Shown here one piece after another: positions 32,092-40,922 of a DNA stretch of 64,000 nt (positions are counted from its first letter, which is position 1; every line of letters starts with the position of its first letter). The stretch spans positions 320,001 to 384,000 of the forward strand of contig OZ241996.1 of the NCBI GenBank assembly GCA_965204535.1, in the 5' to 3' direction. The stretch is from a bacterium (GTDB lineage: Bacteria > UBA8248). A program made the translations under genes and the position numbers. The notes beneath the pieces are model-generated. The model searched no databases. It was not told the origin of the DNA and saw only the letters and a list, made by a program, of their open reading frames with translations.

Positions 32092-33354
32092 ATGGCGGAA
32101 CCTGTACGCGGCGAAATCGTCGCCATCGGCACCGAGATGCTCCTCGGCGACCTCATCGACACCAACAGCGCCTTCATCGCAGACCAGCTCAAGTCGATCG
32201 GCGTCAACATGTATTTCAAGACCACCGTCGGCGACAATCTCGACAGGATCGCGGGCGTCATCAAACAGGCCCACGAGCGCTCCCAGGTGGTCATCACCAC
32301 GGGCGGGCTCGGCCCCACGGTGGACGACCTGACGCGCGAGGCCTGCGCCAAGGTGATGGGCGTCGAACTCGAGTTCCGCCAGGACCTGTACGACTACATC
32401 AGCGCCTATTTCAGCCGCCGCGGTTTCCACATGAGCGACAACAACAAAAAGCAGGCCTACATTCCCGCCGGGGCCACGCCCATCGAGAACCCGCGCGGAA
32501 CGGCGCCTTGCTTCATGTGCGAGGACGAGCGGGGGGTCATCATCGTGAGCCCGGGCGTGCCGCACGAGATGCGCTACATCATCACACAGTGCGCGGTGCC
32601 CATCCTGCAGGAGAAATTTGATTTGGGAGAGGTTATCCGAACAAAAGTTCTCAAGACCTGCGGCCTCGGCGAATCGCGCGTCGACGAGATGATATCGGAG
32701 TTGTTCCGAGAATCGGTGAACCCGAGTATCGGCGTGCTCGCCCACCCCGGCCAGGTGGACGTGCGCATCACCGCGCGCGCAAAGGATATCGAAGAGGCGA
32801 ACAACATGATTGCGGGTCTCGAGGTCAAGGTGCGCGAGATCCTGGGTTCCGCCGTCTACGCCACCGGGAACGCGACGCTCGAGGAGACGCTGGCGCGCGT
32901 GCTTGCCCAGAGCGGCAAGACCATCGCGATTGTGGAGTCGAACACCGGCGGGGCCTTGATCCAGCGGCTGAACGCCTGGCCCGAGCGCGTGCAGTTCTTA
33001 AAGCGCGGCGTCGTCGGATTGCACGCGGAAGAGCTGGCGCGCATGTTCGGGGTGGATGAGGGAGAAGACCCGGAGAGTTTCGCAAAAGCGCTCGCGAGGC
33101 GAATCCGCGAGGAGTCGGACGCAGACTTAGGGTTAGCCGTCTTCGGCCCCAATCCGCCCGAGAACATCGAGCCGGAAAACTCCCGCCGCGCGCCTGCGCT
33201 GGGCGACACCCACATGGCGCTCGACACGGGGAGCGACGCCTTCACCTTCACGGCGAGCTTCGGGGGAAACGAGCAGTTCGTGCAGTCGCGCGCGCCCATC
33301 TACGGGATGGAGCTCGTCCGCCGCGCGGTGCTGGGCCTCGACCCGCTGACGTGA
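32092..33354 (+). CDS. cinA: CinA-like protein (MoCF-binding domain + degenerate PncC domain)
   Basis: IGTE.LLG...DTNS, VGDN, TGGLGPT.DDLT, N..GTAP, PGVP.EM; C-terminal ESNTGG. Confidence 0.9.
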   Translation: MAEPVRGEIVAIGTEMLLGDLIDTNSAFIADQLKSIGVNMYFKTTVGDNLDRIAGVIKQAHERSQVVITTGGLGPTVDDLTREACAKVMGVELEFRQDLYDYISAYFSRRGFHMSDNNKKQAYIPAGATPIENPRGTAPCFMCEDERGVIIVSPGVPHEMRYIITQCAVPILQEKFDLGEVIRTKVLKTCGLGESRVDEMISELFRESVNPSIGVLAHPGQVDVRITARAKDIEEANNMIAGLEVKVREILGSAVYATGNATLEETLARVLAQSGKTIAIVESNTGGALIQRLNAWPERVQFLKRGVVGLHAEELARMFGVDEGEDPESFAKALARRIREESDADLGLAVFGPNPPENIEPENSRRAPALGDTHMALDTGSDAFTFTASFGGNEQFVQSRAPIYGMELVRRAVLGLDPLT

Positions 33355-33397
33355 CGCGGGAAGGCCCGCGCATCCCGACGCCCACGCCCGGCCTGCA

Positions 33398-33788
33398 GGG
33401 TTGTTGAGGAAGACATCCTTTCGTGATTCGGAGTATTTTGCCGACCGGGGAGAAAAGAAATTCACTCCCCCCTCAAGAGGGGAGTTGAAAAATCCCTCCT
33501 CTCTTGGAGTTGACCACCGTCGTCATTCCAGCGAAAGCCGGAATCCATTTTATGATTTTGCTTTCGTTTTCGCATTTGATTCCGACTCGCGGGAGGGAGC
33601 GCCGCGCCCGAATCCGGAACGGATGAGGCGGATATATATGGCGGCGTCCGTATCTTCCCCAGTCGGGAGAGAGGACGTCAGGGCGAAAGGCCAAAGACAA
33701 AGGCGAAAATGGATTCCGGCTTTCGCCGGAATGACGAACAAAGACGAAGGTCAATCCCAAGCGAAGCGAGGCTTTTTCAACAACCCCC
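33398..33788. mobile_element. MITE-like composite repeat
   Basis: GGGTTGTTGAG ... CTTTTTCAACAACCCC ends, REPIN arm, ATTCC doublet (~33521-33547/33710-33735). Confidence 0.78.
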
Positions 33789-33994
33789 TACAGTTCGGAT
33801 TCATGGATATCCGCCAGCTTCATGAGATGCCTCTGCAAGCCGCGCTTGAGCGACGCGTCGCCATGAACCGGCACTGAGATGCGGATATCCGAACCCTGTT
33901 TCGCGTAAATGCGGTGACTGCCGCGGGTGCGCGCCAGTTTCCAGCCCTTCGCTTCCAGTATGCGGCAAAAGCGCTTTCCACTGACAATTTTCAC
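33788..33994 (-). CDS. hicA: HicA-family mRNA interferase toxin
   Basis: 68 aa from GTG 33994: L...GW...R.RGSH, VPVH, LK.G. Confidence 0.92.
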   Translation of the reverse strand: MKIVSGKRFCRILEAKGWKLARTRGSHRIYAKQGSDIRISVPVHGDASLKRGLQRHLMKLADIHESEL

Positions 33995-34194
33995 ACGGCG
34001 ATCTCGACGACCCTGCCCGCGCCCGAAACGTCCACATCCTGGACGTCCACGGAGAGGCATCCCTCGACCGCCTCGTAGAGATTGCTCAACAACTCCTCGA
34101 ACGTATCTCCCTGCGTCGCACACCCGGGGACGGCCGGGACCTCGGCCCAATATCCACCTTCTTCCGCCTCGTGAACGACTACTTTCAGTTTCAC
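33991..34194 (-). CDS. hicB: Short HicB-family antitoxin (no DNA-binding domain)
   Basis: 67 aa from GTG 34194 after GGAGG RBS: EEGGYWAEVP..PGC.TQGDT.EE...N..EA. Confidence 0.92.
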   Translation of the reverse strand: MKLKVVVHEAEEGGYWAEVPAVPGCATQGDTFEELLSNLYEAVEGCLSVDVQDVDVSGAGRVVEIAV

Positions 34195-34438
34195 AGTTTC
34201 CCTCCTCCCTTCGCTCGACGTTGGGTGAATTCCACCGTTTTCATCTTCAAGGCCCAACTCGCAAGTGCTTATCCGAGCTTATGCTCCGGCTCTCCGCAAT
34301 GTTCACTCAGGAGCCGACGATTCGCGCCTCCGCCTCAGTATATCATATCGCGATTTTCTTCCGGGCGAAGCGCAGGCACGTTTCCGGTGAAGTCCGCCAG
34401 ACCGCAAAGGCTCGGCACGGGGGCCGTCTGAGGGTTTG

Positions 34439-34515
34439 TTGACAGGATCGGCAAGAATATAGATACTCTCAATCATCTTATTATTCCATAACGATCCGGC
34501 ATCTTATCATCTTAT
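34439..34515 (+). promoter_or_regulatory. Candidate sigma70 promoter with three CATCTTAT repeats
   Basis: TTGACA (34439)-17 nt-GATACT; CATCTTAT at 34474, 34500 and 34508. Confidence 0.5.
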
Positions 34516-34572
34516 CGTGACTTTTGACCGCGCCTGGTGCGATTCCGCTTGGTTTCAGGGGAGGAGTGTTTT

Positions 34573-35130
34573 ATGAGGGAGACTCTGGTGATTCTCGACC
34601 CCTCGGGAATACCCCCTCCGATGGAGAAGGTGCGGCCGGCCGCGCGCCCCGCTCTTCTCGAGGGGGTCCGCTTGGGTCTTCTCGATAACACGAAACCAAA
34701 CTCCGACAAGCTGCTCCGCCGGCTGGAAGAGCGCTTGAGCGGGAAATACCCCATCGGCTCGTTCACGCACTACCGCAAGGGCGGCAGCGCGCTCCCCCTG
34801 GAGGAGGACCTGATCGATCGGATGTCTGCGGAGTGCGACTTCGTGGTGAACGCGGTGCCCGACTGAGGGTCCTGCACGCCGTGGAGTATCCACGACGCGA
34901 TCGAGCTCGAACAGCGCGGGCTCCCCACGCTCACCGTCATCACGGACATGTTCGAGGCCTTCGGGCGCAAGAAGGCGCGGGCCCTGGGTTTTGCGGGTCT
35001 CCCCATCGTCTCGATCCCCCATCCCATCACCGGAATACCGCTCGATACGGTGCACGCCCACGCGGACGGGATACTCGAAAGCGTGGCGGAGTCCCTGACG
35101 CAGACGCCGCCCCCGGTAGACGAAGGATGA
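34573..35130 (+). CDS. UGSC-family selenoprotein (185 aa; Sec at UGA 34864-34866)
   Basis: ORFs 34537..34866 and 34948..35130 share a frame; read-through gives NAVPD-U-GSCTPWSIHDAIELEQRGLPTLTV; GAGGAG RBS before ATG 34573; stop overlaps next ATG. Confidence 0.88.
34867..34899 (+). promoter_or_regulatory. Candidate bacterial SECIS hairpin
   Basis: CGTGGA-GTA-TCCACG stem-loop (34880-34894); apical loop starts with G after a 19-nt spacer from the UGA. Confidence 0.65.
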
Positions 35131-36182
35131 AGCTGGCATCCACGCGCCACGAGGTGGCCGACTCCCCTCTGGAGTTGCTCGAGTACGTGATGGAACGCGG
35201 CTGGGGGGACGGGCTGCCCGTCATCCCGCCGACTGAGGAGCGGGTGGCGGCCATGGTGGAGGCATCGGGGCGGCCGCCCGAGGAATCCCGCGGTCGCATC
35301 CCCCACCTCTTCGGCGACGCCACGATCGAGAAGATCGCCGTCAACGCCGCCATGGCGGGCTGTAAGCCCGAATACATGCCGGTGCTCGTCACCGCCGTCG
35401 ACGCCATCTTCGACCCCATTTATAACCTGCCGGGCGTTCAGGGGACGACGAACTGCATCGCGCAGCTCATCGTCGTCCACGGCCCCGCCCGGGGTGCGCT
35501 GGGGATCAACTGCAAGGAAAACCTCTTCGGCCAGGGCTGGCGCGCCAACGCCACCATCGGCAGGGCGTTCCGGTTCATCCTTCAGAACATCGGGGGCGCC
35601 AAGCCGGGCGATACCGATCGGAGCACCTTCGGCCACCAGGGCAAGTTCTCGAGTTGCATCGGCGAGAACGAAGAGGCGAGCCCGTGGCCGCCGCTCCACG
35701 TCGAGCGCGATCTCGAGCGCTCGGACAGCGCCGTGACGGTCATCGCCGTCGATCCGCACATCATGGTCAACGACGCGGCCAGCACGGACGGCGAGGGCGT
35801 GCTCCAGTCCATCGCTTCGTCGATGATGCAGGCGGGGAGCAACAACGCGCTCTTCGGCGGGGAGATGGTGGTCGTCCTCGGCCCCGAACACGTCGACATG
35901 CTCGTGCGCGACGGCTGGGACCCGACGCGGATCCGGGCCTTTCTCTACGAGCGGGGAAGGGTGCCGACGTTTCTTTTTGCGCCGGCGAACCTGGAGCGCG
36001 CGCGGGGACGCCGGGACGACCTCATGGCCCAGGAAGACCTCGAGAGCGTTCCCGTCGTAGACGATGAGGAGAGCATCTGCCTGTTCGTGGCGGGCGGACT
36101 CGGGAAGCACAGCCTCGTCATCCCGACTTTCGGAAACACGCACAGCGTCACGCGCAGGATTGATTTTTCCTTCACCGACTGA
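35127..36182 (+). CDS. Conserved UGSC-partner protein of unknown function
   Basis: Start MKLAS (ATGA overlap); GWGDGLPVIPPTEERV, EKIAVNAAMAGC.PEY, RANATIGRA, ENEE.SPW.PLHV. Confidence 0.8.
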   Translation: MKLASTRHEVADSPLELLEYVMERGWGDGLPVIPPTEERVAAMVEASGRPPEESRGRIPHLFGDATIEKIAVNAAMAGCKPEYMPVLVTAVDAIFDPIYNLPGVQGTTNCIAQLIVVHGPARGALGINCKENLFGQGWRANATIGRAFRFILQNIGGAKPGDTDRSTFGHQGKFSSCIGENEEASPWPPLHVERDLERSDSAVTVIAVDPHIMVNDAASTDGEGVLQSIASSMMQAGSNNALFGGEMVVVLGPEHVDMLVRDGWDPTRIRAFLYERGRVPTFLFAPANLERARGRRDDLMAQEDLESVPVVDDEESICLFVAGGLGKHSLVIPTFGNTHSVTRRIDFSFTD

Positions 36183-36338
36183 ACGCGGGTCGGACCAAGA
36201 GGAGAACGGATTCCAGGCGCTATCGTATCCAATCATTCCCCTGTCTTATCGGGAGCATTCAACCCAGGAGGCGGTATGACAACGGGGCACAACGCCCCGA
36301 ACCGTAAGTGGTAATCCTTTTTTCTGGAGGGCGGAGCA

Positions 36339-37955
36339 ATGGAACGACGCAAGGTCCGATTCGGTAGCGCCGCTATCTTCTTGGTTCTCGCCGCGGTGCT
36401 CGTACTCACTCACATCCCGGGGTCAGCATGGGCCCAGAAGCGGGGCGGCACGCTGGTGGTCGGCCTGGAAGCCGATCCGGGGCACTTCAACCTGATCGTC
36501 AAACCGGGCACGACGGTCCAGGTGCCGGCCGTGAACATCTACAACAAGCTGATCACGCTCGATTTCGACCTCAACCCGAAGCCGGAACTGGCGAAATCCT
36601 GGGAGGTCAAGGACGGCGGGAAGACGCTCGTCTTCCACCTCCGCAAGGGCGTGAAGTTCCACGACGGCAAGGAGATGACGAGCGAGGACGTGAAGTTCTC
36701 GCTCGAGAAGTGCCTGCCGTACAACCCCCGCTCGCGCGTGTTCTGGAAGCCGGTGGCGGAGAAGGTGGAAGCGCCGGACAAGTACACCATCGTCGTCCGC
36801 CTCAAGAAGCCTTTCGCCCCCTTGCTCACCGTGATGGGGGTGATCTTCGGCGGCCCCGCCATCTACCCCAAGCACCTGTGGAAGGATCACGTGGGCAGCC
36901 GCAAGGCCTTCCTGAACGCTCCGTATAGCAAGAAGCCCGTCGGAACCGGGCCCTTCATGCTCAAGGAATACAAGAAGGGCAGCCACGTACGGCTCGTGCG
37001 CAACCCGAATTACTGGAACGCGCCCAAGCCCTACGCGGATGAGTTGGTCATCCGGTTCGTCTCGGACGCCAACACCCGCCTCATCGCCCTGGAGAAAGGC
37101 GAGATCGACTATCTGCGCGCGGCCCTCATCCCCTGGGATCAGGCCGCCCGTCTCAAGAAGAACCCGAAACTCGTCGTCCTCGACAAGGGGGGAGAAGCGA
37201 CGGGGCAGGTCGAGTTCATGCTCCTGAACATGCGGCGGCCGATCACCGGCAACGTGAAGGTTCGCCAGGCGATCGCGTATGCGCTGGACAAGAACCAGAT
37301 CAGCCAGCTGGCGACCGGGGGCACCGCGAAGGTGGCGGACGGCATCATGCACTCGGCCATGAAGTGGGCGCACAAGGGCAGCTTCGCCCAGTACAAGCAA
37401 GACCTGAAGATGGCGAACAGGCTGCTCGACGAGGCGGGCTACCCGATGAAGGGAGGCAAGCGCTTCAGCCTCACGGTGACCTGGGCCAAGGGCCGAGGCT
37501 TCGAGGGACTGGCGGCCGAGGTGATCAAACAGCAGCTCAAGAAAGTCGGCATCGACATCAAGATCGAGTCCTTCGACCGGGCGGCCACGCTGAAGAAGGT
37601 CTACATCAATCATGATTTCGACATCATGATGCAGTTCTTCACCACCGGGCCCGACCCCAAGATCAGCGTGACGCGGGTCTACGACAGGAACAACATCGGC
37701 TCGGCGAACTTCAACAACGCGCCGTCCTACATCAACGTCGGCGTTCAGCGTCTCCTCGACGCCGAATGGCAGATCCCCGACGTGAAGAAGCGGGGCGCCG
37801 CGTGGCGTCAGATCGTCGATATGGTCGCGGCCGACGCGCCCGTCATCCCGCTGTTCGAGACACCCTTCGTCCACACGCATTCGGCGAAATGGGCGGATGT
37901 GGTCACGCGTCCCTACTGCGCGTATTGCACTCGGGAGGACGCTTACCAGAAGTAG
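36339..37955 (+). CDS. ABC transporter substrate-binding protein, family 5 (peptide/nickel)
   Basis: Signal peptide, PELAKSWE, LRKGVKFHDG, PVGTGPF, VRQAIAYA. Confidence 0.95.
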   Translation: MERRKVRFGSAAIFLVLAAVLVLTHIPGSAWAQKRGGTLVVGLEADPGHFNLIVKPGTTVQVPAVNIYNKLITLDFDLNPKPELAKSWEVKDGGKTLVFHLRKGVKFHDGKEMTSEDVKFSLEKCLPYNPRSRVFWKPVAEKVEAPDKYTIVVRLKKPFAPLLTVMGVIFGGPAIYPKHLWKDHVGSRKAFLNAPYSKKPVGTGPFMLKEYKKGSHVRLVRNPNYWNAPKPYADELVIRFVSDANTRLIALEKGEIDYLRAALIPWDQAARLKKNPKLVVLDKGGEATGQVEFMLLNMRRPITGNVKVRQAIAYALDKNQISQLATGGTAKVADGIMHSAMKWAHKGSFAQYKQDLKMANRLLDEAGYPMKGGKRFSLTVTWAKGRGFEGLAAEVIKQQLKKVGIDIKIESFDRAATLKKVYINHDFDIMMQFFTTGPDPKISVTRVYDRNNIGSANFNNAPSYINVGVQRLLDAEWQIPDVKKRGAAWRQIVDMVAADAPVIPLFETPFVHTHSAKWADVVTRPYCAYCTREDAYQK

Positions 37956-37986
37956 TCCCGGTATTCGAAACGTGTTTCATGTTTCA

Positions 37987-38012
37987 GGGGCCCCGTCTCC
38001 GGGCGGGGCCCC
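37987..38012 (+). other. Intercistronic stem-loop after the substrate-binding protein gene
   Basis: GGGGCCCCGTC-tccg-GGCGGGGCCCC with no U-tract; typical mRNA-stabilising position. Confidence 0.6.
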
Positions 38013-38046
38013 GCGGGTTTCCTGACGTCTCACCGAGGGGCGATCC

Positions 38047-39030
38047 ATGGCAGGCGATTATCCGCTTCTGCGTTACAGCGTAAGGCGTATCCTACAGGCC
38101 GTCCCTCTCGTTTTCTGGGTCATCATCATCAACTTCACCATCATCCATCTCGCTCCGGGCGATCCGGCCATTTACCTGGCCAGCGTCACCGAGGCCACGC
38201 CGGAGGCCTACGCGGAACTGCGCAAGGAGTTCGGCCTGGACAAGCCGCTTTACGTCCAGATGGGGATTTACCTCTGGAAGCTGCTTCATCTGGACCTGGG
38301 CTATTCCACCTGGCACAACTCCCCCGTCCTCGGCGTCATCATCGATCGCCTGCCCGCGACCATGCTCCTGATGGCGACGGCCTTCTCCATCGCCAGCCTC
38401 ATGGGGGTGGTTCTCGGCGTCATCGCATCGCGCTATTCCTATTCGGTGGGCGACCACCTGGCGACCCTGGCTTCGCTCGCCGGCTATTCGATGCCCATCT
38501 TCTGGCTGGGCCAGCTTCTCATACTCTTTTTCGCCCTCTATCTGGACTGGCTGCCGAGCCAGGGGATGTACTCGATGCGCGGGGTGGAGCCCGGCTGGCC
38601 TGCGGTCCTCGACGTCCTGAAGCACCTGCTCCTTCCCGCGATCACCTACGCCACCTACCACATGACCCTCGTGTTCCGGATCACGCGGGGCAAGATGCAG
38701 GAGACGCTCGCGCAAGACTTCATCCTGACCGCGAAATCCAAGGGGTTGAACGAACGCCGCGTGCTCTACCGGCACGCCCTGCGCAATGCGCTGCTCCCGG
38801 TGGTCACCGTGATCGGCATCAATTTCGCCTACGTCATGGCGGGTTCGGTGTTCACCGAGACCGTGTTCGGGTGGCCGGGCATGGGCCGGCTGATCTTCGA
38901 ATCCATCACCGCGCGGGACTACCCGATGATTCTGGGGATCTTCCTCGTCGTCTCGATGATGATCATGCTGGCGAACCTCATCACGGACATTCTCTACGCC
39001 ATGATCGACCCGCGCGTGGCGTATAACTAG
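38047..39030 (+). CDS. ABC transporter permease (DppB/OppB-like)
   Basis: LAPGDPA, GLDKPL, TAKSKGL, HALRNA, ETVFGWPGMG, DPRV. Confidence 0.95.
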   Translation: MAGDYPLLRYSVRRILQAVPLVFWVIIINFTIIHLAPGDPAIYLASVTEATPEAYAELRKEFGLDKPLYVQMGIYLWKLLHLDLGYSTWHNSPVLGVIIDRLPATMLLMATAFSIASLMGVVLGVIASRYSYSVGDHLATLASLAGYSMPIFWLGQLLILFFALYLDWLPSQGMYSMRGVEPGWPAVLDVLKHLLLPAITYATYHMTLVFRITRGKMQETLAQDFILTAKSKGLNERRVLYRHALRNALLPVVTVIGINFAYVMAGSVFTETVFGWPGMGRLIFESITARDYPMILGIFLVVSMMIMLANLITDILYAMIDPRVAYN

Positions 39031-39042
39031 GAACTCAGGCTC

Positions 39043-39942
39043 GTGACGACATCGGCGGATACAATCGAGCATCGAAACTCGAACAGAGGGCTGCAGATAA
39101 GGGCCGTCTGGGGCGCGTTCAGCCAGAACCGCGCGGTGCCCATCGCAGGGTCCATTCTTCTGGTGCTGATTCTGCTCGTTTTGTTCGCGCCCCTTCTGGC
39201 GCCCTATGACCCTTACGCGCTGGGTTCGGGATCGCGGCTGGGCGGGCATAGCTTCCGCAACATCATGGGCGCCGACAACCTCGGGCGCGACGTCTTCAGC
39301 CGCATCCTGTGGGGCGGGCGGGTCTCGATATTCGTCGGTTTCTCGGCGGCCTTCGCCACGACGTTCCTGGGCCTTCTGGTGGGCACGATCTCGGGCTACC
39401 TGGGCGGTTGGGTGGACGATATCCTGATGCGCCTCACCGAGACCTTCATGGTGATCCCGCGCTTCTTCCTCGCCCTTATTATCGTGGCCTTCTTCGGGGC
39501 GAGCATCTGGAACATCATCTTCGCCATCTCCATTTTGACGTGGCCGGTGACGGCCCGCCTCGTCCGCTCGGAATTCCTCACCCTGCGCACGCGGCAGTTC
39601 GTGGACGCCGCGCACGTGATCGGCACGAAGCGCTCGACGATCATCTTTCGCGAGATTCTGCCGAACGCCATCGGGGTCGTGGTCGTGAACGCCTCGCTGC
39701 TGACCGCGCAGGCGATGCTGCTCGAAGCGGGCTTGAGTTACCTGGGTCTGGGAGACCCCAGCCTGGTGACTTGGGGGCGGATGCTGTACGAGGCCCAGCC
39801 CTTTCTGCGACAGGCGTGGTGGATGGCCGTGTATCCCGGTCTGGGCATCTTTCTCTCCGTCCTGACGCTCAATCTGCTGGGAGACGGCCTGAACGACGTG
39901 CTCAATCCCCGCTCCTCCGAGATTCACCGGACCGGCCTATGA
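39043..39942 (+). CDS. ABC transporter permease (DppC/OppC-like)
   Basis: G.D.LGRDVFSR, ARLVRSE, EAGLSYLGLG, LLGDGL.D.LNP. Confidence 0.95.
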   Translation: MTTSADTIEHRNSNRGLQIRAVWGAFSQNRAVPIAGSILLVLILLVLFAPLLAPYDPYALGSGSRLGGHSFRNIMGADNLGRDVFSRILWGGRVSIFVGFSAAFATTFLGLLVGTISGYLGGWVDDILMRLTETFMVIPRFFLALIIVAFFGASIWNIIFAISILTWPVTARLVRSEFLTLRTRQFVDAAHVIGTKRSTIIFREILPNAIGVVVVNASLLTAQAMLLEAGLSYLGLGDPSLVTWGRMLYEAQPFLRQAWWMAVYPGLGIFLSVLTLNLLGDGLNDVLNPRSSEIHRTGL

Positions 39943-40922
39943 ACAAGACCGCCGAAAACGGAAACGGCCTCCTGCGGGTCTCAGACCTCAGGACCTACCT
40001 CGACGTGCCCTCCGGCGTGATCAAGGCCGTCGACGGCGTCTCGCTGGAGGTGAACCGCAAAGAAGCCGTTGCGCTGGTCGGGGAGTCGGGTTCGGGGAAA
40101 TCCATGACGGCGCTCACCATCATCCGGCTCCAGCCGGTCGTGGCCCGCATCCTCTCGGGCGAGATACTTCTGAACGACGTGGATCTCCTCACCTTGGACA
40201 CGGCGAGCATGTGCGACCTCCGCGGGACGGAGATCGCCATGGTCTTTCAGGACCCCATGACATATCTGAACCCCGTCATGCGGGCAGGGGCCCAGGTGGC
40301 GGAAGTGGTGCTGGAGCACCAGGAGGTCTCGAAGGGGGAGGCCCGTTCGCAGGTGCTCGACGCGTTCGAGCGCGTCGGCATCCCGTCCCCCCAACGGGTG
40401 TATGACAGCTACCCCCATCAGTTGAGCGGCGGCATGCGCCAGCGGGTGCTCATCGCCATGGCCATCTCGTGCCGCCCCTCCCTGCTCATCGCCGATGAGC
40501 CCACCACGGCGCTCGACGTGACCATCCAGGCGCAGATCATGGACCTGCTCGCCCACCTCCGCGAGGAACTCCAGAACGCCCTGTTCCTGATCACCCACGA
40601 TATCGGCCTCGTGGCGGAGCATTGCGACCGTATCTACATCATGTACGCGGGCCAGATTGTGGAGCACGCCGACACCTTCACCCTGTTCGCCGAACCGAAA
40701 CATCCCTACACGGAGGGCCTCCTGCGTTCGACGCTCAGCCCCGACAAGCGGGTGGAGGTATTCGAAACCATCGAGGGGCAGGTGCCGAACCCGACGGACA
40801 TGCCGTCGGGCTGCCGCTTCCATCCGCGTTGCCCCCACGTCAAGGACATCTGCCGCGAGGAGTCGCCGCCATCTCTCGATTTGGGGGAGGGACGGATGGT
40901 GGCTTGCTGGCTTTATGAGTGA
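39939..40922 (+). CDS. ABC transporter ATP-binding protein (DppD-like)
   Basis: Start MNKTAE; [33 protein letters not shown]. Confidence 0.95.
   Translation: MNKTAENGNGLLRVSDLRTYLDVPSGVIKAVDGVSLEVNRKEAVALVGESGSGKSMTALTIIRLQPVVARILSGEILLNDVDLLTLDTASMCDLRGTEIAMVFQDPMTYLNPVMRAGAQVAEVVLEHQEVSKGEARSQVLDAFERVGIPSPQRVYDSYPHQLSGGMRQRVLIAMAISCRPSLLIADEPTTALDVTIQAQIMDLLAHLREELQNALFLITHDIGLVAEHCDRIYIMYAGQIVEHADTFTLFAEPKHPYTEGLLRSTLSPDKRVEVFETIEGQVPNPTDMPSGCRFHPRCPHVKDICREESPPSLDLGEGRMVACWLYE

Noticed and set aside
34200-34345. Short hairpins upstream of hicB as a possible ncRNA or riboswitch
   Set aside because: No recognisable family motif; stems of this size are expected by chance at this GC content.
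34864-34866. UGA as a nonsense mutation (pseudogene) or alternative genetic code
   Set aside because: TGA is a normal stop throughout the window; the UxxC context, downstream hairpin and coupling to the next gene favour Sec. Not formally excluded without finding sel genes.
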